Numbered from the stretch's first letter, positions 39,292 through 51,222 are shown. The stretch: DNA of 64,000 nt from Andalucia godoyi And28 (GCA_009859145.1 VRVR01000053.1:62001-126000); one strand, 5' to 3'. A program made the numbers and translations. Notes: generated from the sequence alone by a model not told the origin.

Positions 39292-42200
39292 ATGGCTGAC
39301 GATTTCGCTGACGATTCTCCGTATATTTTCTCGGATGCCGATCTCCATTTACTTACGCTGTTTGACTTGTCGTATCGCAATTTTGCGGCAGAGTATATTG
39401 CAGTCTGCGAGCTCCTGCGGACTAGTCGACCCGAAGATGCGGAGCAGCATGCCGTCCAACTTCTCGCCGTGTATGGAGAGTTTGCTGACACTTGTGTCCG
39501 AGTATCCAAGAATATCATAGTTAACACCAGGAAAGACATTCGATCTGCAAAGGATGAGTATGGCATTCGATGCCCAGAGAACGTCTTTTTGCAAGATGGC
39601 ATTTGTGTCGTCACCAATTCACCATCATGTTCTCGGTTTTTACGTCGATGTCAGCTTCCACTCGCGGTGGTTTGCGAGTATCGAGGTATGGTCTGCTTTT
39701 GCTATGCATTGTGTTCTTCCAAGGAACAGTCTGCTTTCAGTATTTATCAGCGATCATTTTTCGATGCGTCTGCAAAGTCGCCAGGTTGTCGTGAGATGCT
39801 CCTTCAGAAATGTGCAACAGATCTAGAATCATTATTTTCAAACGAGTCGATGGATAACGTTGATTTTTCTTCCCATGTTCACGGCCGTGGGTTACGGATG
39901 CGAGACCTGCCATTGTTGTATGGGCTTTTGCGATCAGATCACATCAAGTGTCTGTTGATTGTGGAAATTGTTGCCAGGTGTTGTCGAAAACATCTGCGAC
40001 AGGCATGGATTTCCACACCGTATGATACAGAGACTGTTCTTGTTTCCGCATTGAACTCTCTCCTTTTTGATGATTCATGGCCAGATTTTGTACAATCGTC
40101 TCATATGTGGACCAGTCTGCCACGCTTTCCTGAAAAAAAGGATGTTCCATCGCTGTTCATCATCTGGCGGCTCTGTCAGTTTGGGATGTTTTCCATTTCA
40201 GAATCCTGTCGTGAACGGATGGTTCTGCAAATTGATCCGCTTACGATTGAAGACATTGTGGACTTTCCAGTTTGTCTGAAGCGATCGGATCACTGTCGAA
40301 TGGTTGTGGCAGAGCATTTGATGCTGCAAAGAGACTTTATTGATGTCCAAGATAGATTCGCGCACTGGATGCAAATTCTTGGGCATTCTATGTTTTCGAT
40401 CAGAAGCGATGATCGAAACATCGAGGCGTTGCTTACTGCAGGAGTTTCATTTTTTGAGCTCGGCAAAAGCCCGCTTCTTCAGGGTTTATCTGAACTCCAC
40501 ATTCTTCCTGATGGTCTATCTGATGCATGTCTACCCTCTATGTTCTTCTTCGGGCGTGAGTATGAGCCTGAAAGAAGAATGTCTCTTTCCTTGCGACACA
40601 TTTTCTTTGCCCTTCGGCTCATCGAAACGATTGAAGACTTCCGGAACTTTGGAGAATGGGAAGGAGGGTCATATTTGTCGGATGCGAAGATAATGGCTCT
40701 TCGACGACGCTGCATCGCAATCTTGTCTTGCATTACAGTTTGTATTGGATTATCAACGTTGTTAGAAATGCAAGGGTCTACTGCTTCTCCAGTTATTTCA
40801 TGGGATAGGGAAGATGAGGATGAATCGGACAGTTTAGAAGAGAATCTTGATGTGAATGATGATGTAGCAGAAGCCTCAGATTTACCTGTCTTGATCCAAA
40901 GATTGGTTGCTTTTGTGCATTTACATTCGGATGACAAAGTTGTACTATCAAATCTAATCCATTCTGTTTCTGAACTGCAAAAGCGGTTTGATGTGAAATG
41001 TGAGTGGATTTTCGATGCATATATGCGTTGGCCTGCACGTGATGTTCTCCCGGACTCGTTAGATGCATCGTTAGCGTCTTTGTTGTCTTGCGTTGCCTCT
41101 TCGGACTGTTTTCACACGAAAGAATTGTTTCGTCATCTGAATCCGCGTTGGCTGTTTTGCATTTGCTGTCGACCTTACGTCTCTTTGTGCACCCCTTTGT
41201 CTGAAGAAGTTTATTCTCTGGAATCGCTGTTGGCAGTCAAACGTTTTCTGTATCTTGACGATGTATCGTCGTTGAAGACTCGAACTCTGTCTTACTTCTA
41301 CGACCTCTTCAGTCTTTGCGATAGGCAGATAAGCACGAACATTTTGCGGCGGAAAAATTATGAACAGGTTTTAGATGAAATGGTCCTTCAAGCCCGTGTT
41401 GTCGCCCGTGTTTTGTTTTCGATTGACAACGAAGATGTGCATCTCGATCTTTCTGACAATTCTTTCCTGTCCCCTGCGGAATGTGAATGCCTTCTTCGAT
41501 GGTGCCTATTGAAGAAATCTAGACTGTCGCATTTAACCGAGTCTGAGCAGAACGAAGTCCAAGCCATGATTGCAGAACATTTGAAGTTTGTTTGTACTCC
41601 GCATATTCTGTCTTCTTATGATCCATGCCTTGTTCTTTCTTGTTCCATTCTCTATGCGCAAGCCCGTTATGCAATGAAAGACGACGAGCATTCCCACACT
41701 CGGCTGTCTTCTGCCTTAAACGTATTGGGGTTCGTGTTGAGAATTATCCGATCTCGCACAACATCCACCAAACGTTTACGAAAGCTATCGTTCGGCGAAC
41801 TATCATCCGCCGGTGGCCTTTTGTACGATAAGCACTTTGGAACATCCGTTATGTCTGTGGATGCGGGGTCTTGTGCGGATTCTGAATCTCCGGAATCTTT
41901 GTATATCGGACATACTGCGCTTCGCAATTCGGGGGTATCTCGAATTGTGCGACTCGTCAGCCCTGGAAGACGCTCTACAAAGCCTTCTCTCCTCCCACAC
42001 CATCCTGGAACCTCACCAGATTTATTCTCAGTTTTTCGCAACTTAGTTTCCTCTAAGGCATTTCCGCAAAATATGAAGCTTAATGAGGAGTCCATGGTGG
42101 CTGCGCTTGAAATTGAAGCTTCAATTCTGCATTCGCATCTCGGACGAGAGTTTGCACATCGTTTCGAAAGAAAAGACTGGGTTCCGTATGTTACTCGGCT

Positions 42201-43509
42201 GCAAGAGAGTGTGCTTACCGTCACACAATGCCTTGGCAAAAGTTCGTACAGATCAGCGGATTGCATCACGCAAGCTTGCAAGTCGTTGTCTCTTCTCGCT
42301 TCTGAAGCGTACGAGCATGTTTTTGGATTCTCATTGAAGGCTTCTTCCAAGCGTTCTGCGCAGTCACTCTCATCCCTGCCTCCTATGTCTACCTTTCACC
42401 GAAGTGATCATAAGGAAACCAAGTTGTTCTCGGAGGAAACGCTATTTGAGAAAATTGGTCAGCTGAAAGTTGTCTGTGACTCTGCGGAATTCTTGGAATA
42501 TTTGTGGCCGTTATTTGATGTCAGTCAAGAAAATCTTCTGACAAGGAATCTCGTTTCTGACATGGTGTCACGGACTCGAGTATTTTGCGTCCAGTCCAGT
42601 CTTGCTCTTGTTTCGCTCATTGCCGATGATGAGCGCAGCTTCTCGACTGTTTGGAGTGCGTTTTCTGAAAGCACGACAGAGTCCGATGATGCAACGGAGA
42701 GTGAGGCAGATAGTACTGTCGGTGGTACGAACCGCCATATGCATGTTCGTCGTTTGTCTCTGGAACTTAAATCGAAAACCGGAGTCGAATCCGATTTTCC
42801 GCAGATGCAGATTCCGCAGAATGACAAGATTTCTTTCTTGTTCGACAAGATTGCAAATCGCATAGAGAACTTTCTGAACCGTCTTTCTGAACAAGAGGTG
42901 GCCATGAAATCTCAAGTGGACGAGTATAGGGGAGATCTTGCAATCGTACGAGCCCGGCGATTGCATTTTCTGGACCAGAGAATGGCGTTTGTTACCAATG
43001 AAAGGAAAAACGAGATTGAGAAGCAAATAGTGACTGCCCTGCAGTGTTTCTTTGCTTCGGACTCTTTGACGGCGAGAAACAAGGTGAAACTCTCCCGTGA
43101 TTTTCTTTTGTCGCATGTTGGGTTGCTCCCACGTGTTTTCAAATGGGGCATCCTGCGAAAGCGCGGAGCAATATGGAAGAATTGGAAACCGCGATGCTTT
43201 GCGCTTTATCGTGAACGTTTTGCATATTTCAAAACAGAGAGCGATATGTTGAACGGGTCATCAACTTTGCGAGAAGTTTTCTACTCGGACATTATTGGAA
43301 TCGATGATTTGACGGACCAAGTCCGCATTGATGAATCTATTGTTTTGCCATCTGGAACAACGGACTCCCAGGTCATTGTTGTCAGGACAACGTCTCGCGT
43401 TTTCATCATCATTGCTGACAATGAATTGGAACGGACATCTTGGCTGGATGCCTTTTTGGAGAGATTGTCTGCTTTCTCGGCCTTGAAAAGGGCTGGAGTG
43501 CCACTGTAA
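39292..43509 (+). CDS. Clu-like domain protein with a C-terminal PH domain (1405 aa)
   Basis: HVHGRGLRMRDLPLL...VEIVARCCRKHLR resembles the CLU central domain. C-terminal KWGILRKRGAIWKNWKPRCFAL...AYFK...TTSRVFII.ADNELERTSWL is a canonical PH domain. Confidence 0.75.
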   Translation: MADDFADDSPYIFSDADLHLLTLFDLSYRNFAAEYIAVCELLRTSRPEDAEQHAVQLLAVYGEFADTCVRVSKNIIVNTRKDIRSAKDEYGIRCPENVFLQDGICVVTNSPSCSRFLRRCQLPLAVVCEYRGMVCFCYALCSSKEQSAFSIYQRSFFDASAKSPGCREMLLQKCATDLESLFSNESMDNVDFSSHVHGRGLRMRDLPLLYGLLRSDHIKCLLIVEIVARCCRKHLRQAWISTPYDTETVLVSALNSLLFDDSWPDFVQSSHMWTSLPRFPEKKDVPSLFIIWRLCQFGMFSISESCRERMVLQIDPLTIEDIVDFPVCLKRSDHCRMVVAEHLMLQRDFIDVQDRFAHWMQILGHSMFSIRSDDRNIEALLTAGVSFFELGKSPLLQGLSELHILPDGLSDACLPSMFFFGREYEPERRMSLSLRHIFFALRLIETIEDFRNFGEWEGGSYLSDAKIMALRRRCIAILSCITVCIGLSTLLEMQGSTASPVISWDREDEDESDSLEENLDVNDDVAEASDLPVLIQRLVAFVHLHSDDKVVLSNLIHSVSELQKRFDVKCEWIFDAYMRWPARDVLPDSLDASLASLLSCVASSDCFHTKELFRHLNPRWLFCICCRPYVSLCTPLSEEVYSLESLLAVKRFLYLDDVSSLKTRTLSYFYDLFSLCDRQISTNILRRKNYEQVLDEMVLQARVVARVLFSIDNEDVHLDLSDNSFLSPAECECLLRWCLLKKSRLSHLTESEQNEVQAMIAEHLKFVCTPHILSSYDPCLVLSCSILYAQARYAMKDDEHSHTRLSSALNVLGFVLRIIRSRTTSTKRLRKLSFGELSSAGGLLYDKHFGTSVMSVDAGSCADSESPESLYIGHTALRNSGVSRIVRLVSPGRRSTKPSLLPHHPGTSPDLFSVFRNLVSSKAFPQNMKLNEESMVAALEIEASILHSHLGREFAHRFERKDWVPYVTRLQESVLTVTQCLGKSSYRSADCITQACKSLSLLASEAYEHVFGFSLKASSKRSAQSLSSLPPMSTFHRSDHKETKLFSEETLFEKIGQLKVVCDSAEFLEYLWPLFDVSQENLLTRNLVSDMVSRTRVFCVQSSLALVSLIADDERSFSTVWSAFSESTTESDDATESEADSTVGGTNRHMHVRRLSLELKSKTGVESDFPQMQIPQNDKISFLFDKIANRIENFLNRLSEQEVAMKSQVDEYRGDLAIVRARRLHFLDQRMAFVTNERKNEIEKQIVTALQCFFASDSLTARNKVKLSRDFLLSHVGLLPRVFKWGILRKRGAIWKNWKPRCFALYRERFAYFKTESDMLNGSSTLREVFYSDIIGIDDLTDQVRIDESIVLPSGTTDSQVIVVRTTSRVFIIIADNELERTSWLDAFLERLSAFSALKRAGVPL

Positions 43510-43514
43510 GGATG

Positions 43515-45115
43515 TCAAGTGCCGGTCGGAACATTCTTTGTGAGTGCTGCTTGGAACAATATCTGGAGCATCACGGATGCTGGAGATTGCGGAAACAGCA
43601 AGCTTTGATACCGTTCGCACACTGGTAAACGAAACTTCACTTGATACTGAAGAGAATTTGCAAACACATCCATGCAAACTGTGGGACCATCAACCAACGC
43701 CCTTTCAGCGTTTCCTGGATCCAGGAAGTCCCCGGGGTCAACGGACAACATGCACTCTTGAGGTTTCTGCAGATTTTGTCCAGATAAATGTAATTCTAGC
43801 TTTTGCAAAAGAATGCGGTGCAACCTAATCAGACAGTGGATTCGATTCATTTGCTCCTCCAGAATCGCACGTTCTCGACTGTCCTCCGCAGTACGGGGAA
43901 TTTGCAGATATTGAGAAACCAATACGCGCACTGATCGCAGTGCAAATTTCAACATTAATTTTGTATGCATAACATCGTAGCGTCGCAGAAATGGAGACCA
44001 AACTATCCGCAAGAACCGATTTTCGGCTTCAACGTACGTCGTCGGGAGAGCAGCAAGATCTGAACAAAAATTGAACAATCGGATGCATTCGTCCAGCATC
44101 GTCTTTTCAGCTTCGGAAAGATTGTAGTCTTTGAAATTCAGCGATTCTTCCATTGCCATTCTGAACTGGTTCTTATTTTCCGAGTCCATCAAATCAGCAA
44201 AGTGCGTCATGAACTTGGCAGCCTCCGAAAACATTGATCTCGAAAACGCTGCAAACGTCGCTTGTTTCTGAATTCGAGACAGTTCCTCAAGCAGCACGGG
44301 AAGAATTGCACTTCTGAACTCGAAAGGATATTCAACACTTTCTCCACGAATAAACAAGATCTTCGATGTACTGGGATGAGAGAGAATGTCTTTAACAATC
44401 TGATTGTTTCGATATGCTGTTTGCAAAGCCGGAGGAAGCTTGAAGCGCACAAGAAAAAATCTCGATGGAACCTTCAACGCTTGAACGTACTCCATAAACG
44501 GAATATCAATATTCTGCAACACAAACAGATACGCACTCTGCAAAGACTTGGTAGAAAATGCTGGTAACGTCCTAACAACTTCATCGACAGAAGGAAAGCA
44601 CGGCATGGAAAACCACGGATGCCTTGCACAAGAAGGTTCCAGACGAATTGTCTGGCAAGTTCCTGTGCTTAATACCGACGATGTCTTACGCCTCCAATCT
44701 TCAAGAATATTCTCCAAATATAATCTCTCAAGATTTGAGAAGAAGTTGCTTTTGCCAGCAACGGTGGTCATCCACGGAAAGATAACAGCACCTGAAGTTG
44801 GAATACTTGGAAAAAAGCTTCTCGGACGAAAGACGACGCACACAGTTTTCGACAGGTGTTATGGAAGAAGGAGCTCGGTGGGAACAGATGGGCCACTGGG
44901 AATGAATAAAGATCTTCAATAGACCACAAAATTGCACGGATGGACAGTTTACGTTTTGAGACAGTATGATCCCTGCTCGTTGGTCCAAACAACAATAACA
45001 ACAAACAGCCACGGAAAGAGGCCAAAAAAAAATAATTAAATAAATAATAACAATTAAAAAACAACAAATACAAAAATGCTCACCCACATTGAGGAATGGG
45101 TGCTGCAACTTGCAT
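43515..45115 (-). CDS. Hypothetical protein; proposed model join(45115-45084, 44972-44842, 44791-43515), 479 aa
   Basis: The 442-codon ORF lacks an early ATG. Two GT-AG introns (45083-44973, 111 nt, GTGAGC..CAG, very T-rich; 44841-44792, 50 nt, GTGCGT..CAG) give a continuous 1440-nt CDS. Confidence 0.55.
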
Positions 45116-45309
45116 CACGCCGCGGTCGTACTGCACCCTTTTTTCTCAACGGGCATGCTTGGAAATGGAGACTTGAGACCAGCTGCCTTGTCATCTCGAT
45201 CAACCCAACCGTTTGGATGCTTTTGCAGGCTTCGACGCCTCTTGTTGTTTGTTTTTTCTTTTGAATTTGTTATCGTTACTAGCCAAAAAAAAGTTTTGAT
45301 TAGAATTAA

Positions 45310-48111
45310 ATGGATTCCGAGGCCATTGAGATACCGGGATTGGAAGATCTTCCATTCGAGCTGTTAAATGACAAAAACAGAGGCCTTGCCGTTCGGATCA
45401 AAGACTCTTCCAAAGTGCTCTCGTCGAAAACAAGAGAGCTCGAAGAGTTGTATGAAAGATTGAAAGTGATCCAGGAACACATGAAGAATGTGTCCACGGA
45501 GGTTTCAAACACAAAACAGCTTGTGGATGCTAAGAAAAAAGAGCTGGAATCTGAGAAGCATCTGCGTTCTCTGTCCGAAAGAGAGTTGTCTCGATTCACT
45601 TCCGAATCTGCAAAACTTGAAAAATCGTTCAGCGAAATCGCAGATCAAATCAATGTGATTCAGAACAACATATTTCGTTCCAACGAGAAGATGGATGAAT
45701 TCAAACTGCAAATGGATTTCAACCAGGAGGAGTTGGAGCAGTGGGCTCTCGCAGAGAAACAGAAGAACGACGACGCAATAGCTTTGGAAAAGTACCATCG
45801 GCAGGATGACAAAAAGCTCAAGACTCTTACTCTTGAGTTGGAGAAGTTGACTTCACTTGTGAACGCGGCTAGGAGTGATCTGGAAACTGAAATCACGGAG
45901 ACACAATCAGTTCAAATTGAGCTGGACAAGGCTGCTGAAGATTTCCGAACTCTTCATTCCGAGCGGCAGCTGCTTGTCTCTCAGTGGGAAGAAGCAATTT
46001 CCTCGATGCAAAAGCGAGATTTTGACATCCAGGCAGTTGGTGAGAGGTTTGCCTCTTTGAAAATGGAATTGCAAGAAAGGAAGGATTCCGTGACTGAGAA
46101 GGAACAGTTTCTTCAGGGAGAGATGAATGGAAACCGGGACCTTGAAAACCAGATTGCAAATTTGGAACGAGTTGTTGTACGTGGAAGAACGGAGTTCACA
46201 ACTGCCCAAGCAGATCTGAGATTGCTGGAAGATGAATTGGAGGTAGTTCGTTCGACTTTGGCAAAGCAATCTGCAGCGCTTTTTCAGAAGCGAGCCCAGA
46301 ACCAAGGTTTGCTTCAAAACATGCAAGATCAGAAGCGCCGGTTGGAGAGCATTGAGAGCGAGTTCACCAGAACCGAGGATATGTGGAAAGACGCACAAGA
46401 TTCGGAAGCAAATATGGAACAGAGAATGTTGAGCGTCGAAAAAATGCTGGCTGATTCGGAGTCAACGTTGCAGCGCATGGACCATTCGTTGGAAGATGCA
46501 AAGAAGGAACAGTACAAGAGATCTACGGAGCTGCACAGTATGAGAGAAAAAGAAAGTGTTTTGCATTCTGAAATCGCAGGTGTCCAGTCTCAGAACAAGA
46601 ACTTGCAGTCCAAATTGCAGCTGTATGATGCAGAAGCATTTAAGCAGCAAGAGCTGCTGTACAACATTGAATTCCAGATTCAGCAGATGGAGAGAAAAGT
46701 CTCTCGCATCCAAGGAGAGCGTACGGAAGAGGAAAAGCGTATGCTCAAAGAGAAGATCGAGGATCTCCAGCAGCAGCTTGATGAGAAAGGGAGAACGTTG
46801 AAAACAGTGAATGACCAGTTGAAGAAGGTTGGTGACGAGGTTCGGCGGACCGGACGTTTGCTGGTGGATAAAACAGCAGAGGAGAAACGTCTTGAAGAAA
46901 AGATCAACGAGCTGAATCTCGAGAATGAAAACGAACAGTTGGAGATTCGTGCTTCTCTGAAGAACAAGGAGTCTCTTATGGTGCAGCATGATTTGCTGAA
47001 ACTGCAAGTTAAGAAGGTTCGTGACCAGCTGAATGCTCGGAAGGACGAATTAATGGGTCTTGAAAATCGAAAGGAACAGTTTCGTTTGCTGATTCTGGAG
47101 CGGGTCGAAGAGGTGTCTCTTCAGAGAGAGTCTTTGCGTGCAGAGCTGAAGTGCATTTCCGATGAAAAGCACAAACTCCTCTTGGAAATGAAGGATCGAC
47201 AAATGCAGGTTGACAAGTTACGTACCAAGTTTGATATGCTTGTGCAACGTATCAAGAGCCTTAGTCGTTTTGGAAACGATGATTCTTCTGATGCGTTCGA
47301 TGATTCCGATGAAGGACCGACACAAGCACAATTTTTGATTCGCATTGCGCAACAGCGCGAGGAATTGCAACGTCAAGGAGATGATTTGGATTCAAAGATT
47401 GCAAAACTAGAAAAAGAGGAAAAAGCTCTGAAAAAGACCATGTCGCTGCTGCAGGCGAAGAATGCCGACTTTTCCGCATCTGTGAAGAAAGCTGATCTCG
47501 GGGGCCCGGATGCTGAGAAAAAGTTGCAACTTGAAGAGAAGATCCGTGCAGTCCGCTCCACGGTGCAGGCCCAGCGCAAGGAAATCGCTGAAATTGAAGG
47601 GGACAACACTCGATTGGATAATCAGATTCAAGAACTTGAACAGGAACGGGTGAATATTCATCAGACGATGGTGAAACTGCAAGGCGACGAGGACACGCTT
47701 CGGAGAGAGATCGGCGAGCATTCCGAGAAAATGGGGCAATATGAACAGAAGTTGTCTAAACTTCGAGATATCATTCGACCTGACGGCCGCAAAGACGTAC
47801 TGTCGATTGAAGAAAAGGATGTGGCTTGTTCTGAACTTAAGAACAAGAACAAGGAAGTTGTTCAAAGAGTTCTGCAAATTGCCCAAGCAAATTCTCGAGT
47901 GTCTTCTGTTTTGGAGCAGCTGATGTCCGATCTTTCGATTGGCGGAAAATCTGTCGGCAAGACTGCACCAAGCCGCACGAAGACCAACGATAGGCCCGAT
48001 TCTGCGCGTTCCGTAAGTTCGGATCGATCTGTGCGGTCCAACACTTCTGTGCGATCCAGTGGTTCGGCGCGGCAGTCAATTGCACCGAAACAGGTTGCTC
48101 TTGGCCTCTGA
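45310..48111 (+). CDS. CCDC39: Coiled-coil domain-containing protein 39 (FAP59), axonemal 96-nm ruler (933 aa)
   Basis: LKVIQEHMKNVSTEV, EKMDEFKLQMDFNQEELEQW, QAQFLIRIAQQREELQRQGDDLDSKI.KLEKE.KAL..T motifs. Confidence 0.95.
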   Translation: MDSEAIEIPGLEDLPFELLNDKNRGLAVRIKDSSKVLSSKTRELEELYERLKVIQEHMKNVSTEVSNTKQLVDAKKKELESEKHLRSLSERELSRFTSESAKLEKSFSEIADQINVIQNNIFRSNEKMDEFKLQMDFNQEELEQWALAEKQKNDDAIALEKYHRQDDKKLKTLTLELEKLTSLVNAARSDLETEITETQSVQIELDKAAEDFRTLHSERQLLVSQWEEAISSMQKRDFDIQAVGERFASLKMELQERKDSVTEKEQFLQGEMNGNRDLENQIANLERVVVRGRTEFTTAQADLRLLEDELEVVRSTLAKQSAALFQKRAQNQGLLQNMQDQKRRLESIESEFTRTEDMWKDAQDSEANMEQRMLSVEKMLADSESTLQRMDHSLEDAKKEQYKRSTELHSMREKESVLHSEIAGVQSQNKNLQSKLQLYDAEAFKQQELLYNIEFQIQQMERKVSRIQGERTEEEKRMLKEKIEDLQQQLDEKGRTLKTVNDQLKKVGDEVRRTGRLLVDKTAEEKRLEEKINELNLENENEQLEIRASLKNKESLMVQHDLLKLQVKKVRDQLNARKDELMGLENRKEQFRLLILERVEEVSLQRESLRAELKCISDEKHKLLLEMKDRQMQVDKLRTKFDMLVQRIKSLSRFGNDDSSDAFDDSDEGPTQAQFLIRIAQQREELQRQGDDLDSKIAKLEKEEKALKKTMSLLQAKNADFSASVKKADLGGPDAEKKLQLEEKIRAVRSTVQAQRKEIAEIEGDNTRLDNQIQELEQERVNIHQTMVKLQGDEDTLRREIGEHSEKMGQYEQKLSKLRDIIRPDGRKDVLSIEEKDVACSELKNKNKEVVQRVLQIAQANSRVSSVLEQLMSDLSIGGKSVGKTAPSRTKTNDRPDSARSVSSDRSVRSNTSVRSSGSARQSIAPKQVALGL

Positions 48112-48213
48112 TGAAAGGAAGGTGTACATATGTAGAAGCCTTCTTTTTCCGTTTAATTCTTAATTCAAACAAACAAAAACAAAAAAAACAATAAAAATAT
48201 CTCAAAATCTGTA

Positions 48214-49032
48214 TTAATTAACCATCAAGGGCGTGTCTTCTCTGAAGGTCGATGTTGACTGTGACTCGGAGAGCCCCGATTCTACGGAAGAAGACTTTTC
48301 AATTACCGTTCTTCTCCTTTCCCTCCTGACGGTTGATATCATCCATCTTTCAAATTGTATTTCCGCATATAAAAACACAAGCAGTGCTACCATTAGGATC
48401 ACAGCTATGGGGGTATCCGCTCCTCCGGTAGTGACCCATAAGAAGATCACATACATGAACGTCACGATTGCTCGTCCAATGAAAACAAAAGGATATAAAA
48501 TCATCGAAAACGTGAGCAATCGAACGCGGTTCTGGTTGGAAGCAACCAAAAAGGCAACGTTTGTTGCCAAATAGATTGGCCAGTCCCAGGTCCCGAAATA
48601 ACCAAACAGCAAGATGGGCTCGTAGTACGCAGTTTCCAGGTACAAAAGGCATCCAACAAGAACAACCATTACGTGGTGGATTACAGGGCCCGCAGTCAAA
48701 ATTCTATCAGAAATCAGTTCAAACAAGTACGGGACAAATGCTGAAGGAATAATATATCGAAACTGGTCATTATAATACTCCGGTGAATGATGCCGTGCAA
48801 AAATCGAGTCACCGATATAATACGTGGCAAATGCACACGTTCCGAGAAAGAAAACGGAAGAAACAACCTGAACAACCCGCTTGTCGCGCCGATCTGGGTC
48901 CATCTTAGACCAGCGGTATGAAAAAAGCTTTGGAAATGCATATTGCAAGCAGAATCTGCGCACAAGAGCAAGAAGCAGCAAGCACGCAACTGGATAGACA
49001 ACGTGAATTCCACCAACATAGATAGCACCCAT
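48214..49032 (-). CDS. TLC (TRAM/LAG1/CLN8) domain multi-pass membrane protein (272 aa)
   Basis: Several TM helices and the YLFELI....VIHH motif typical of TLC domains. First ATG at 49032. Confidence 0.7.
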   Translation of the reverse strand: MGAIYVGGIHVVYPVACLLLLALVRRFCLQYAFPKLFSYRWSKMDPDRRDKRVVQVVSSVFFLGTCAFATYYIGDSIFARHHSPEYYNDQFRYIIPSAFVPYLFELISDRILTAGPVIHHVMVVLVGCLLYLETAYYEPILLFGYFGTWDWPIYLATNVAFLVASNQNRVRLLTFSMILYPFVFIGRAIVTFMYVIFLWVTTGGADTPIAVILMVALLVFLYAEIQFERWMISTVRRERRRTVIEKSSSVESGLSESQSTSTFREDTPLMVN

Positions 49033-49692
49033 TCTTAGCGTCTCTGTGGAGCTTCTCTTTCCCAGAACCAAATAACCAACAGACAGAGAGCAGAGACGAG
49101 AAAACAGAATTGAAAATGATAATAAAAAAATCTAGAGACGGAGAAAGAAGAAAGAAAGCGCGGAAGAAACACACACACACACACACACAGAGTGAAAGAG
49201 AGAGAGAGAGAGAGAGACAGAAAGGGAAATAATGAAAAGATCAAACAAAAAAAATAATAAAAAAATAAACACCAACAAAATAACATAAAACAACAACAAA
49301 ACAATAAAGAAAAGAAAGCAAACGCAGTTGGTGCGCCGTGTAAATCCTTTTCCCTTTTCCCTTTTTTCCCTTTCCCTTTATTTATTAAATTTTTTTTTTT
49401 TTTTTGATCATCCGCAGACTCACAAAGTCCCAAACGCATTCCAGACAAGCACAGATTTTTCGGCGGAAATTCCCCCCTTTTCCTCAGGCTCATACTGCCC
49501 CTCCGCTGGATTGATGGTGTTTGCTGCGTACTACAGCTGGAGAAGAGCCATTTCCCATTCTCCAGGAAACGTCTTGGCGTCTGCTGGAGTATCTCTTATT
49601 ATTATCATCATCATCATAATATTATATATTACATATATATTAAAAAAGAACACTCCGGGGTGTCGTTGGCGCTTATTCAAGGCTCGCTTCTA

Positions 49693-50991
49693 ATGAGCTT
49701 CGATACTCGGATCGTGCCAGATGTCTTAACGGCACTTCCAGACATGACATCCACTGCAAGGAGAAAGGGTCGGAGGAAAGTGTTGGATGAAATCAAAGAG
49801 AAGCCTGCAGACGTTCCATACACGGAAAAGCGATTGTCTGAAGAAGGGAAGTTCCCTGTTTCAGATAATGGATTGCGGTTGACGAAGACAACGTTTCTTC
49901 ACGAAGCTTGTCGAGCTGTCAATGAAATCGAATCCGGATTTGGCTGCAGTCTTGTACTTGGTGGAAAGCGCGGCGAGGCGCACAACATTTCAAAAAACGC
50001 ACAAATTGAATGTACAGAGGCGGGTGATGAATTATTGGCCATGAAGAGCAGTTTCGATCCCAGCATCAATGCTCGAAGGCATCGTCTTCTGCACATCCGT
50101 GCTGGCCACATTTCTTGTCTACGATATCGACATGTGCTGCACACACGAGCGAAAACAAAGACGCCCGTCGCCTGGGAAACTTGGGTTTGTAACCATTTTG
50201 CATCGAGAGGCTGCACGAGTGAAAACTGCTCATTTCGAGTTGAAATTGTGGTTCCGTGGAACAGTGAAGGTTCCGCAGAGCGGAGTGCTAAACGACGGAA
50301 GGCACGCCGACGGGCGCGCCATTTGGTAATTAAGACCTTTGCCTCCTTTTCGACGAATGACACAGTTCCTGAACGCAGCATCAGCTCTCAAGAGCCTTCT
50401 CCGCCCCCTCCTGCAGCCGCGGCTTCGGCGCCGGCATCTGCTGCACAAGTCGTTGGTGCGCATGGGAGAAAGCGAAAGCGAGCGGAGCCGGTTGCGTTTG
50501 ACGAAGATGAGGAGGAGTATGATCAGTGCGTCATCAACGTGTACGGCTGCCATGCACCATCTGCGTGGTATGATGTTTCAGAGGCGCGGCTATTTCCCGA
50601 TGTGGATCGGCAAGCCAAGCGACTTCTGGCATTGTTTGCCCCCCGGCAGACAGAGAGGATGTTGCTGGAGAGAAATTATGAAATATTGCAGCGAGCAGGG
50701 GCGCTTCTCCAGAATCCGGATCCTGCGGTGCAAACACAAGGAGAACAACTAAAACTGAATGCCTTCAAGATGTTGCCGTCCAAGGATTCTCTACAACATC
50801 GACGCAAAACAATTGCTAGGAGACGGCAACTCGCACCCGAGGAGAATCCTTCCGAGCAAGAGCCTTCTGATCGTGTGTGCGAACTGTCTGGAAGAATTCT
50901 CGCGTCCACATTTCACAATGCTTCTTTGTCTTCACCGTTTCTCCTAGAGAGTTTTTCACCGCGAATTCCTCTTGCTCCTCCCGCTGGCTGA
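49693..50991 (+). CDS. Hypothetical, probably nuclear protein (432 aa)
   Basis: Long ORF with basic NLS-like clusters (KRRKARRRAR, GRKRKR) and a W-x-C...C segment. No family recognised. Confidence 0.7.
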   Translation: MSFDTRIVPDVLTALPDMTSTARRKGRRKVLDEIKEKPADVPYTEKRLSEEGKFPVSDNGLRLTKTTFLHEACRAVNEIESGFGCSLVLGGKRGEAHNISKNAQIECTEAGDELLAMKSSFDPSINARRHRLLHIRAGHISCLRYRHVLHTRAKTKTPVAWETWVCNHFASRGCTSENCSFRVEIVVPWNSEGSAERSAKRRKARRRARHLVIKTFASFSTNDTVPERSISSQEPSPPPPAAAASAPASAAQVVGAHGRKRKRAEPVAFDEDEEEYDQCVINVYGCHAPSAWYDVSEARLFPDVDRQAKRLLALFAPRQTERMLLERNYEILQRAGALLQNPDPAVQTQGEQLKLNAFKMLPSKDSLQHRRKTIARRRQLAPEENPSEQEPSDRVCELSGRILASTFHNASLSSPFLLESFSPRIPLAPPAG

Positions 50992-51187
50992 TGTGCAGCA
51001 AATCATTCGTCTTGTGTCTTCATTTTTCATTTTCGTTTTTTGTTGTTGAATAGTATTCAATGTTTCTTTTTTTCTTTTCTTTTCTTTTTTTTTTGTTTTT
51101 GTTTTTTGGATCGTCCATCCTATTTTAGAGTTATGCCGAGCATACCGATATGGATAGTGGACGTGAACTCGAACGACAACCAAACTC

Positions 51188-51188
<1 letters not shown>

Positions 51189-51222
<34 letters not shown>
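51189..51222. repeat. (GT)17 microsatellite
   Basis: Direct reading of the sequence. Confidence 0.95.

Noticed and set aside
45170-45215. GWVDRDDKAA resembling a RuvC-III motif
   Set aside because: No other Fanzor motif or scaffold nearby; it lies in the promoter region between two genes.
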